Assembly: GCF_000007145.1 (NCBI RefSeq)
Contig: NC_003902.1
Location: forward strand, 1,657,436 to 1,689,435
Direction of reading: 5' to 3'
Length of the DNA stretch: 32,000 nt
Source of the DNA: Xanthomonas campestris pv. campestris str. ATCC 33913
GTDB lineage: Bacteria; Pseudomonadota; Gammaproteobacteria; Xanthomonadales; Xanthomonadaceae
Of this stretch, positions 1 through 8,006 are shown piece after piece. A program made the position numbers and the translations under genes. The stretch's first letter is position 1; the number at the start of each line of letters is the position of its first letter. Below the pieces are notes generated by a model, which was given only the letters and a program-made list of their open reading frames with translations, searched no databases and was not told the origin of the DNA.

Positions 1-325
1 TCGCAGCACGCAGTGCCTGCGCGTGTTCGCCAAAGCGCCGGTCTTCGCCCAGGTCGCCGAACACCGGCTCCAGGTCAGTGGCCAGCAGCTGCAGTGTCTG
101 TAGCCGCGCGCGTTGTCTGGCTGGTTCACAGCTGCTGCGGTATGGGCCGGGCAGGGCGCGCAGTTGATGGTCCATGACCTGCATCAGGCTGTCCGGCACC
201 GGGTCGCGCCGTGCCTGCAGCGTGCGCGCCACCATCACCGTGCAGACCAGGCCGAGCAGCACGCCCAGCACGAGAACGAACCCATAGCGTGCCGCATGGG
301 ATTGCGCAGGAGGCGGTGCGGACAT
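1..325 (-). CDS. hypothetical membrane protein, 5' part only (gene runs off the left edge)
   Basis: Minus-strand ATG at 325, open to position 1 (108 codons, no stop). It is not in the ORF track because it is open-ended. Hand translation MSAPPPAQSHAARYGFVLVLGVLLGLVCTVMVARTLQARRDPVPD... has one hydrophobic helix. Third codon positions are strongly G/C, as in neighbouring genes. It is divergent from the next gene, 47 nt away. Confidence 0.5.
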   Translation of the reverse strand, partial: MSAPPPAQSHAARYGFVLVLGVLLGLVCTVMVARTLQARRDPVPDSLMQVMDHQLRALPGPYRSSCEPARQRARLQTLQLLATDLEPVFGDLGEDRRFGEHAQALRAA

Positions 326-372
326 GGCTGCTCCGGTGAGCGCGCCGTGGATGGGGCGCGTAAAATAGGCCG

Positions 373-1203
373 ATGAAAGCACAATGGCGTGAACGCTTTG
401 CCGGTATCGACCGGCTGTACGGAGTTGGCACGGTGGAGCGGCTGGCCGAGTGCCGGGTCGCGGTAGTGGGCATGGGCGGGGTGGGCTCGTGGGTGGTGGA
501 GGCGCTGGCCCGCACCGGCGTGGGCCATCTGCGGCTGATCGATGCCGACGATCTATGCGTGTCCAACACCAATCGGCAGCTGCCGGCGCTGGCCGGCCAG
601 TACGGGCGCAACAAGGCGCGCGCAATGGCCGAGCGCTGCGTGGCAATCAATCCGGAGATCGAGGCCGATGCGGTGGAGTCATTTCTCACCGCCGGCAATA
701 TCGAGAGCCTGCTGGGCGAGGGCTTCGATCTGGTGATCGATGCCTGCGACAGTTTTCGCGTGAAAGTCGAAACCATCGCCTGGTGCCGGCGTCGCAAGCT
801 GCCGCTGCTGACGGTGGGTGCTGCAGGCGGGCGCACCGACCCGACCCTGGTGCGTGTACGCGATGTCTCGCGCACCGAGCACGACGCGATGCTGGCACTG
901 ATCCGCAAGAAGTTGCGCAGCGACTTCAACTTTCCGAAAAGCGCCAAGCGCTACTTCGGCGTGCCGGCGGTGTATTCGCTGGAGAACGTGAAGTACCCGC
1001 AAGCCGATGGCAGCGTTTGCGGCATTCGTCCGCAACTGGGCGCCGATGCCGCGCTCAAGCTGGACTGTGGTGCCGGGCTGGGCGCGGCCACCCACATCAC
1101 CGGCACGTTCGCCTTCGTCGCGGTCGGCAAGGCGCTGGAGATGTTGCTCAAGCCCAAGAGCGCGGCAGCGTTACCTGCCGCAGCGGATGCGGCGGCGGCG
1201 TAG
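373..1203 (+). CDS. tcdA: tRNA threonylcarbamoyladenosine dehydratase (TcdA/CsdL; ThiF/MoeB/HesA E1-like family)
   Basis: 276-aa ORF. The N-terminus WRERFAGIDRLYG..., the Rossmann motif VAVVGMGGVGSWVVEALARTGVGHLRLIDADDLCVSNTNRQ and IDACD match the TcdA/YgdL subfamily as I recall it. Confidence 0.85.
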   Translation: MKAQWRERFAGIDRLYGVGTVERLAECRVAVVGMGGVGSWVVEALARTGVGHLRLIDADDLCVSNTNRQLPALAGQYGRNKARAMAERCVAINPEIEADAVESFLTAGNIESLLGEGFDLVIDACDSFRVKVETIAWCRRRKLPLLTVGAAGGRTDPTLVRVRDVSRTEHDAMLALIRKKLRSDFNFPKSAKRYFGVPAVYSLENVKYPQADGSVCGIRPQLGADAALKLDCGAGLGAATHITGTFAFVAVGKALEMLLKPKSAAALPAAADAAAA

Positions 1204-1248
1204 CGTTTGGCCGCTGGTCTGCCAGTGATGGCGTGCTACTGCGCGTCG

Positions 1249-2016
1249 TCAAGCGGGCAAGCCAAACAGCCGCCGCGCATTGGCGCTGGTCTGCGCCGCG
1301 ATCGCTTCGGCCGGCTCGCCGCGCAGCTGCGCAATGCAGTCCAGCACGGTGCGCAGGCGCGCCGGTTCGTTGCGTTGCCCGCGAATCTCCGCGTCCGGCT
1401 GATCGGGCGCATCGGTTTCCAGCAGCAGATGCTCTAGCGGCATCTGCGCGGCCAAGCCGCGCAGGCGATTGGCGCGCGGATAGGTGACTGGCCCGCCAAG
1501 GCCGATCATGAAATCCAGCTTCCACAATTGCTGTGCCTGTTCCGGGCTGCCGGCAAAGCTGTGCACCACGCCGCGGATGCCGCCTACCGCCTTGATGCGC
1601 GCAATGACCTCCTCGACGGCGCGGCGCGCATGCACGATCAGCGGCAGATCGAAGCGCTTGGCGAGCTGTAGCTGGCCATCGAAGTAGTGCCGCTGGGTCT
1701 GCGCATCCAGGCCGTCGAGAAAGAAATCCAGGCCGCATTCGCCGATGGCGCACGGGCGCTCGCGCGCAATCCACTCGGCCAGCAATTCCAGATGTTCAGG
1801 ACGATGCAGGTCCAGAAAGATCGGGTGCAGCCCGTACGCGGGGTGCAGGCCCGGTGCCAGCGCGCAGGCTTCACGCAGGCCTGGCCAGCTGGCGGCGGTG
1901 ATCGCCGGCACCACCTGCTGCATGACGCCGGCGGCCTTTGCCCGCGCAATCACCGCGGCGCGGTCGGCGTCGAACTCGCTTGCGTCCAGATGGCAGTGGC
2001 TGTCGATCAACCGCAT
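1249..2016 (-). CDS. TatD family metal-dependent hydrolase/DNase
   Basis: 255-aa ORF beginning MRLIDSHCHLD (HxH metal motif), with ...ECGLDF..., VHSF and ETDAP motifs typical of the TatD/YjjV family. Confidence 0.9.
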   Translation of the reverse strand: MRLIDSHCHLDASEFDADRAAVIARAKAAGVMQQVVPAITAASWPGLREACALAPGLHPAYGLHPIFLDLHRPEHLELLAEWIARERPCAIGECGLDFFLDGLDAQTQRHYFDGQLQLAKRFDLPLIVHARRAVEEVIARIKAVGGIRGVVHSFAGSPEQAQQLWKLDFMIGLGGPVTYPRANRLRGLAAQMPLEHLLLETDAPDQPDAEIRGQRNEPARLRTVLDCIAQLRGEPAEAIAAQTSANARRLFGLPA

Positions 2017-2231
2017 CAGTCGCGCCGCACCGGTGCAGGCAGTGGCACCTTGCGCGTCTTCCAGTTGGCCAGCAGCAAGGTGCTCAGGCCGAACAGCAGT
2101 TCGTCCAGGAACGGAATGGGATCAGGCACCACCATGTCGACCAGGAACAGGGCGGCCGCCAGCTTGAACAAGGTGGGATATCGCAGCTTGCTGGCCCAGT
2201 CCAGGGCGCGTGAAGTCAGTGGATTACGCAT
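2016..2231 (-). CDS. small hypothetical membrane protein, translationally coupled to the TatD gene
   Basis: 71-aa ORF. GGAG lies 7 nt upstream of the ATG at 2231. Its TGA stop overlaps the TatD ATG (ATGA at 2014-2018, minus strand). There are two hydrophobic stretches. No family was recognised. Confidence 0.55.
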   Translation of the reverse strand: MRNPLTSRALDWASKLRYPTLFKLAAALFLVDMVVPDPIPFLDELLFGLSTLLLANWKTRKVPLPAPVRRD

Positions 2232-2375
2232 GCGCAGGCTCCTGCTGTTAGCGATGCATGAAGTAACCGCTAGCTGAACTTAACTGCGGCATTCATGAGC
2301 GAGGGCGTTTTTGTTCAGGGTTCCCGTGCTGGAATCACGCCGTCAACAACGCGGCGTGTCCGCACGGAGCTGGTC

Positions 2376-3152
2376 ATGAAGAGCAATACGACAACTATAC
2401 TGGTCGCTGCTGGAGCGTTGCTGGTCGGAGGCGTGGCCACGGCTGCCTTCATGAATAACCGCCCGTCCTCGGGTGATTTCGTCGCCAACGGCGAGCCCGC
2501 ACCGCGCGGCCTGGAATATGCCGATGTGGTGAAGGTTGCACCAATCACCGAGCGCGAGCCGCAGTACGCGCAGGTCATCAACAGCAACGCCATTCGCGAA
2601 ACCACCACCAGCTCCTCGCCGCGCGAAGTCTGCCGCGACGTGGTGGTGCAGGAGCGCCTGCCCGAGCGCGACGGCAACGTCGGCGGCACGGTGGCCGGTG
2701 CCGTGATCGGCGGTCTGCTGGGTAACCAGGTGGGCGGCGGCAACGGCCGCAAGCTCGCCACCGTGGCCGGTGCAGTGGGCGGCGGCATGGTCGGCAACCG
2801 CGTCGATCGCAATCACGTGGGTGGCCGCGTGGTCGACCGCACCGAGCGTCAGTGCCATACCGAAAATGCCAACTCGCAGTCCTCGCGCGTGGTCGGCTAT
2901 GACGTGACCTACCGCAATCAGGATGGCACCACCGCCACCATGCGCATGGACAGCAAGCCGGGCGAGCGCATTTCGCTGGGCGATGCCGACAACGTGGTGG
3001 GCTACGACGTGACCTACCGCTATGACGGTTTCGAGAAGACCGTGCGCATGAACGACAAGCCGGCCAGCGAGCGCCTGCCGGTGGTGGATGGTCAGCTGGT
3101 GACGCAGACCGCGTCGGCCGTGGACCGCCCGAGCAGCAGCACCCGTCAGTAA
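2376..3152 (+). CDS. glycine-zipper (Rick_17kDa/YMGG-like) membrane-anchored protein with a duplicated C-terminal module
   Basis: The track ORF starts at 2295, but the ATG at 2376 follows GGAG (2365-2368) and gives MKSNTTTILVAAGALLVGGVATAAF, a signal/anchor sequence. Gly-zipper GGTVAGAVIGGLLGNQVGGGNGRKLATVAGAVGGGMVGN. There are two 35-aa tandem modules beginning VVGYDVTYR. Confidence 0.8.
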   Translation: MKSNTTTILVAAGALLVGGVATAAFMNNRPSSGDFVANGEPAPRGLEYADVVKVAPITEREPQYAQVINSNAIRETTTSSSPREVCRDVVVQERLPERDGNVGGTVAGAVIGGLLGNQVGGGNGRKLATVAGAVGGGMVGNRVDRNHVGGRVVDRTERQCHTENANSQSSRVVGYDVTYRNQDGTTATMRMDSKPGERISLGDADNVVGYDVTYRYDGFEKTVRMNDKPASERLPVVDGQLVTQTASAVDRPSSSTRQ

Positions 3153-3188
3153 GCGTCAACGCGCACCAGCAGTTGGGTGCGCAGTAGA

Positions 3189-3222
3189 GAGAAGAGCCGG
3201 CATTGCCGGCTCTTCTCGTTTA
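3189..3222 (+). terminator. Rho-independent terminator after the Gly-zipper gene
   Basis: Perfect 13-bp stem GAGAAGAGCCGGC / GCCGGCTCTTCTC (3189-3201 / 3205-3217), a 3-nt loop, then GTTTAT. Confidence 0.65.
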
Positions 3223-3328
3223 TGGGGACGCCGCGGCGCTGCCCGCGCGCAGAGCGCTCGCCTGTGGATGGCCGCCTGTGGACGGCGCAACTGGCAGATA
3301 ATCGCCGCATCCCACCTGGAGGCGCGCA

Positions 3329-4492
3329 ATGCCGGTACGGCCTGATGACTTGTTCGACGTGCGTGCGCAGCTCAGCGATGACGAACGCGCGGTGCAGGAT
3401 GCGGTGGCACGTTTCACCGATACGCGGGTGCTGCCCGGCATCGGCGAGGCCTTCGATGCCGCGCGCTTCCCGCGTGAGCTGGTGCCCGAGCTGGCGTCGC
3501 TGGGCTTGCTGGGTGCCAGCCTGCCGGTGAGCGAGGGCGGCGCCGGCCTGGGCGCGGTGGCGTACGGGCTGATCTGCCAGGAGCTGGAGCGCGGCGATAG
3601 CGGCTTGCGCAGCTTTGTCAGCGTGCAATCGTCGCTGTGCATGTATCCCATCCATGCCTATGGCAGCGACGCACAACGGCGCCAGTGGCTGCCGGAGATG
3701 GCCGCCGGCCGGGTGATCGGCTGTTTCGGCTTGAGCGAGGCGCAGGGCGGCTCGGACCCGGCGGCGATGACCACGCGCGCGGTGCGCGACGGTGACGGTT
3801 GGCGGCTGCGTGGCGCCAAGATGTGGATCACCAACGGCAGCATCGCGGACCTGGCAATCATCTGGGCACATACCGATGACGGCGTGCGTGGCTTTCTGGT
3901 GGACACGCGCAGCGAGGGCTTCCGTGCGCAGGACATCGGCCACAAGATGAGCCTGCGCGCCTCGGTCACCTCGGCGGTGTTCCTGGACGATGTCTTCGTG
4001 CCCGAGCAGCAACGCTTGCCGGATGCACTGGGATTGAAGGCGCCGCTGGGCTGCCTGAGCCAGGCGCGCTTCGGCATCGCCTGGGGCGCCATCGGGGCGG
4101 CGGTCGCCTGCCTGCGCGAGGCGCTGGCTTACAGCGGCGAACGCATTCTGTTCGGGCGGCCCCTGGCGGCCACGCAAAGCGCGCAGATCAAGCTGGCCGA
4201 CATGGCGCGCCGGATCGCCACCGCGCAGCTGCTGGCGCTGCAACTAGGGCGGCTGAAGGAGGCCGGCACGCTGCGCCCGGAACAGATCTCGCTGGCGAAG
4301 TGGAATAATTGCCGCATGGCACTGGATGTGGCGCGCGAGTGCCGCGACCTGCTTGGGGCGGCGGGGATCACCACCGAGCACGTGGCGATCCGGCATGCGC
4401 TGAATCTGGAATCGGTGATTACCTACGAGGGCACCGAAACCGTGCATCAACTGGTGGTAGGACGGGCCCTGACCGGGCTCAATGCGTTCTGA
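3329..4492 (+). CDS. gcdH: glutaryl-CoA dehydrogenase (acyl-CoA dehydrogenase family)
   Basis: 387-aa ORF with GGAGG 8 nt upstream. Long stretches match GcdH as recalled: DSG.RS..SVQSSL, IGCFGL.E...GSDP, KMWITN, LRAS, FGRPLAA.Q..Q.KLADM, YEGT..VH.L..GR..TG..AF. Confidence 0.85.
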   Translation: MPVRPDDLFDVRAQLSDDERAVQDAVARFTDTRVLPGIGEAFDAARFPRELVPELASLGLLGASLPVSEGGAGLGAVAYGLICQELERGDSGLRSFVSVQSSLCMYPIHAYGSDAQRRQWLPEMAAGRVIGCFGLSEAQGGSDPAAMTTRAVRDGDGWRLRGAKMWITNGSIADLAIIWAHTDDGVRGFLVDTRSEGFRAQDIGHKMSLRASVTSAVFLDDVFVPEQQRLPDALGLKAPLGCLSQARFGIAWGAIGAAVACLREALAYSGERILFGRPLAATQSAQIKLADMARRIATAQLLALQLGRLKEAGTLRPEQISLAKWNNCRMALDVARECRDLLGAAGITTEHVAIRHALNLESVITYEGTETVHQLVVGRALTGLNAF

Positions 4493-4524
4493 CGAGGAGT
4501 GGGTGCTTGATCGGCAAGGATGTG

Positions 4525-7131
4525 ATGCAGCGCCTGCGTGGCGTGTGGTGGGGAGTGTGGGTAAGCCTGGCCGTCGTTGCGGTGCTGGCGGTGCCGGCCG
4601 CGCAGGCCAGTGATGCGCCGCGTATGGCGCCCGCGCCGGCGTGGGTGGTGGCCGACGCCGTGCCGGACAAGGTGGCCGGCACCAGCGGCTTGCGCTATGA
4701 ACTGGTGTCCGACCAGATCGATCTGACCGGCCGCGCGCCGCAGGCGTACCGGCGGCTGAGCTACAGCGTGCGGCGCGAAAAAGACCTGGAGGAGGCCGGG
4801 CAGATATCCATCGACTACCAGCCGCAGTACCAGCAACTGGTGCTCAACAGCCTGGAGGTCTGGCGCGACGGTCGCCGGATCGACATGCGCACGCAGGCGC
4901 ATTACGCGCGGCTGCGCCGCGAGAGCGGCTTGGAGGAAGGGCTGATCGATGGCGCAGTGACGCTGTCGATCACCGTGCCGGACCTGCGCGTGGGTGACCG
5001 TGTCGACTACGGCGTGACCCTCACCGGCAGTAACCCGGTGTTTGGCCAGGGCTATTACGACGTCTTCGATGCGCGCTACGGCGTGCCCTTGGGCGAGCGC
5101 CGGGTGCGGGTGCGCTATCCCTCCACGTTGTCGTTGCAATGGAAGATCGCCGCGCCGGGCTTTAGCCGGCATGTCAGCAGTGCCGACGGGGTGACCACGC
5201 TGGAGATCGCCGCGAGCAACATTGCCGCGGTGCAGCCGGAGAAAGATGCCCCCGACGATGTCGACCCCTATGGCGTGATCGAAGTGTCGACCGCCGGCAG
5301 CTGGGGCGCGGTGGCAGCATGGGCGCTGCAGCTGTACCCGCACGCGTTCAAGGATGCGCAGGTGGCCGCCGGCATGGTGCAGAGCCTGCAGCTGCGCAAC
5401 ACCGATCCTCAGGGCGCGCTGCTGCGCGCAGTGGCCTTCGTGCAGGGCGAGGTCCGCTATGTGGGCCTGGACATGGGCGAGAACTCGCACGCCCCGCATG
5501 CGCCGGAGGTGACGCTGCGTAACCGCTACGGCGACTGCAAGGACAAGGCCACGCTGCTGATCGCGCTGCTGCAGCTGGCCGGCATCCGCGCCGAGCCGGT
5601 GCTGGTGCACAGCGAGCGCGGCCATGGTCTGGCAAACCGCCTGCCAAGCCCGTATGCCTTCGATCATGTGGTGGTGCGCGCGCATCTGCCGCAGGGCGAG
5701 GTGTGGGTGGATGCCACCCGCGATCGCGAGCAAGGGCCACTGGCGCAGCGCCGCCCACTGCCGTTCGTGCGCGGCTTGCCGGTGCTTGCCGGGCAGACCG
5801 AGCTCGTGGCGGTGCCCGCGCCGCGGCCGACGGTGCCGCAGGTCGAGGTGGAAGAGGACATCCATATCGCTATGGAGGATTCGCCGCGCGTGGCGACCTT
5901 CAGCGTGGCCACGGTGTATCGCCAGGGCTACGGCGATCCGGTCGCGGCGCGGTTCGACGCCGACGGTGCCGAGGCGGTGGGCGAACGCTATCTGGAGTAC
6001 ATGCAGCAGTACTACACCGCACTGACCCAGCAGGAAGAGCCCACGCTCACCCAGCCGGACGATCGCTCGCAGGCGCGCACCCACGAGTCCTACCGGCTTG
6101 AATGGGCCAAGGACGAAGGCGACGAGGTCGGCTTCCCGCTGTTCCAGCTCAGCGACTGGATGGACACGCTGCCAAGCGCCGCGCGAAAAAGCCCGCTGGC
6201 CCTGGAAGGCCCGCGGCTGGCGCGCCAGACCGTGCGCGTGCACGTGACGCCTGCAATCTCGGTAAAGGCGCAGCGCGACGAGGTGGCCAACCCGTGGTTC
6301 CGCTTCTCGCGCACCGTGGCCATGCGCGATGGCACCTTGGAGATCGTCGGCGAGTGGCAGCGGTTGTCCGACCGCATTCCGCCGAACGGCATCAAGCGTG
6401 CGGCGGCCGACATGGAGCGTGCGCGCGACCTGCTGTATTTCAACCACGATCTGGCAATGCCGGCGCCGCGCGCGCCGACCAACTGGCGCGCACTGCTGCA
6501 GCCGATGGCAGCGCTGGGGGCGTTGATCGTGCTGCTGTTGGGGTGCGTGGTGTGGTGGCGCCTCGGTGGACTGGGCGGAATGCTGTTCGACCCGTATGCC
6601 GTTGCGCAACGCATGCCGCAGCAGCCAGGCCTGCGCTGGAGCGCGTGGATCACCGCAGCGGTCTCTGCGGCATTGATGGCCTGGATGCTGTTGCAGAGCT
6701 GGCCACTGTGGGCGCGGCTGGCAGGCGGCGTCGGCGTCTATGCGCTGGCCGTGCTCGGCGGCGTGTTGCTGAAGCCGGTGTTGCGCTGGATGGGCAGCAC
6801 CGCTTCGCTGGGCCGCGTGCTGCCTGCCGCCTTGGGCAGCGCCTTGCCGTGGCTGGTGTGCCTGCTGGCCGGGCTGGTGGCGCTCGCTGGCGATGTCACG
6901 TTGCTGCGGACCGGCGCGCGCAACGGGGCGGAACTGGCGCAACTGGCGATGTACGTGTTCGTGCTGCTGCTGGGTGCGCTGTGGTGGGCGATTGCCGCGC
7001 TGCAGGCCGTGGCCGGCGCGGCGCAGTGCGGGCGCGCCCGTGCGTTCGGGGCGCTGGCGTTGACCGCGTCGCTGCTGGGCATGCTGATCGCGGTGATCGG
7101 TGTGCCGCTCGCGTTATGGGTGATGCGCTGA
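4525..7131 (+). CDS. DUF3857 + transglutaminase-like cysteine peptidase domain protein with a C-terminal polytopic membrane region
   Basis: The track ORF begins at 4309 inside gcdH. The ATG at 4525 follows AAGGA and gives the signal peptide MQRLRGVWWGVWVSLAVVAVLAVPAAQA. Transglutaminase-core triad: YGDCKDKATLL (Cys codon 5535-5537), FDHVVV, VWVDAT. About six hydrophobic helices are encoded after ~6490. Confidence 0.85.
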   Translation: MQRLRGVWWGVWVSLAVVAVLAVPAAQASDAPRMAPAPAWVVADAVPDKVAGTSGLRYELVSDQIDLTGRAPQAYRRLSYSVRREKDLEEAGQISIDYQPQYQQLVLNSLEVWRDGRRIDMRTQAHYARLRRESGLEEGLIDGAVTLSITVPDLRVGDRVDYGVTLTGSNPVFGQGYYDVFDARYGVPLGERRVRVRYPSTLSLQWKIAAPGFSRHVSSADGVTTLEIAASNIAAVQPEKDAPDDVDPYGVIEVSTAGSWGAVAAWALQLYPHAFKDAQVAAGMVQSLQLRNTDPQGALLRAVAFVQGEVRYVGLDMGENSHAPHAPEVTLRNRYGDCKDKATLLIALLQLAGIRAEPVLVHSERGHGLANRLPSPYAFDHVVVRAHLPQGEVWVDATRDREQGPLAQRRPLPFVRGLPVLAGQTELVAVPAPRPTVPQVEVEEDIHIAMEDSPRVATFSVATVYRQGYGDPVAARFDADGAEAVGERYLEYMQQYYTALTQQEEPTLTQPDDRSQARTHESYRLEWAKDEGDEVGFPLFQLSDWMDTLPSAARKSPLALEGPRLARQTVRVHVTPAISVKAQRDEVANPWFRFSRTVAMRDGTLEIVGEWQRLSDRIPPNGIKRAAADMERARDLLYFNHDLAMPAPRAPTNWRALLQPMAALGALIVLLLGCVVWWRLGGLGGMLFDPYAVAQRMPQQPGLRWSAWITAAVSAALMAWMLLQSWPLWARLAGGVGVYALAVLGGVLLKPVLRWMGSTASLGRVLPAALGSALPWLVCLLAGLVALAGDVTLLRTGARNGAELAQLAMYVFVLLLGALWWAIAALQAVAGAAQCGRARAFGALALTASLLGMLIAVIGVPLALWVMR

Positions 7132-7258
7132 TCGGCGTGCGGTTCGCAAGGCGTTGATGGATCCAGCTAATTCAGCGCCGCAATGACGGCAGGGCGGCGG
7201 CTGCAGGCCATCTACTTCGCTGCGGGCGGCAGTAGGCAGGTGGATGACCGGCAGATGT

Positions 7259-7293
7259 GCCCTGCCGCGTGCACGCCTGCGGCAGGGCTTTGC
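7259..7293 (+). terminator. hairpin / probable terminator downstream of the transglutaminase gene
   Basis: Perfect 10-bp stem GCCCTGCCGC / GCGGCAGGGC (7259-7268 / 7279-7288) and a 10-nt loop, followed by TTTGCAAAG (short T-run only). Confidence 0.45.
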
Positions 7294-7348
7294 AAAGCCG
7301 CGAAGGGCTGTGACACTGCCAGCCCCTCGTTGCTGCCGCGGAGTCAGC

Positions 7349-7984
7349 GTGACCTCGACCGTGCGTCCCCCCCTGACCGTGCATGGCATGTCCAGCTCGG
7401 GCAACTGCTACAAGGTGCGTCTGCTGCTGGAGCAGCTCGGCAGCCGCTACCACTGGGTCGAGGTCGATAGCGTTTCCGGCGAGACCCGCACGCCCGAGTA
7501 CCTGGCCAAGAATCCCAACGGCAAGGTGCCGATGGTGGAACGCGACGACGGCCGCGTGCTGACCGAATCCAACGCCATCCTGTTCTGGCTGGCCGAAGGC
7601 ACGCCGTATCTGCCCACCGACACCTGGCAACGCGCGCAGGCGCTGAGCTGGATGTTCTTCGAGCAGTACAGCCACGAGCCCTACGTGGCTGTAGCGCGCT
7701 TCATCAGCCTGTGGACGCCGCGCGATGCCGCACGCCGAGCCGAGCTGCCGCAGCTGCGCGCGCGTGGCGAGCAGGCGCTGGGGGTGATGGAACAGCACCT
7801 GCGCCAGCATGCCTGGTTCACCGGCGCCGACTACGGCATCGCCGACATCGCGTTGTTCGCCTATACCCATTGCGCCGAAGACGGCGGCTTCGATCTGGAG
7901 CGTTGGTCGGCGATTGACGGCTGGTTGCAGCGGGTGCGGGCGCTGCCGGGCTTCGTGGCGATGCCTGCGCCGGTGAGCGCATGA
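7349..7984 (+). CDS. glutathione S-transferase family protein
   Basis: GST N-terminal thioredoxin-like motifs (LTVHGMSSSGNCYKVRLLLEQLG, KNPNGKVPMVE, ESNAILFWLA) and a C-terminal helical domain. The start is uncertain: GTG at 7349 follows GGAG (7339-7342), the first in-frame ATG is at 7388, and the track start at 7244 looks too long. Confidence 0.8.
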   Translation: MTSTVRPPLTVHGMSSSGNCYKVRLLLEQLGSRYHWVEVDSVSGETRTPEYLAKNPNGKVPMVERDDGRVLTESNAILFWLAEGTPYLPTDTWQRAQALSWMFFEQYSHEPYVAVARFISLWTPRDAARRAELPQLRARGEQALGVMEQHLRQHAWFTGADYGIADIALFAYTHCAEDGGFDLERWSAIDGWLQRVRALPGFVAMPAPVSA

Positions 7985-8006
7985 GCGGCCGGCAGGAGCA
8001 CTGACG

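Noticed and set aside
3146-4243. A 365-aa minus-strand ORF.
   Set aside because: It is antisense to the glutaryl-CoA dehydrogenase gene and also reads through the terminator hairpin at 3189-3217.
4309-4524. The long upstream extension of the transglutaminase ORF (track start 4309), and similar extensions at 9521, 10660, 12345, 13966, 17477 and 19005.
   Set aside because: The extensions overlap the preceding genes or lack an RBS. Internal ATGs preceded by Shine-Dalgarno-like sequences give proper signal peptides, lipoboxes or family-typical N-termini.
4447-6942. An 831-aa minus-strand ORF.
   Set aside because: It is antisense to the transglutaminase-domain gene, with Arg/His/Gln-rich nonsense composition and no recognisable domain.
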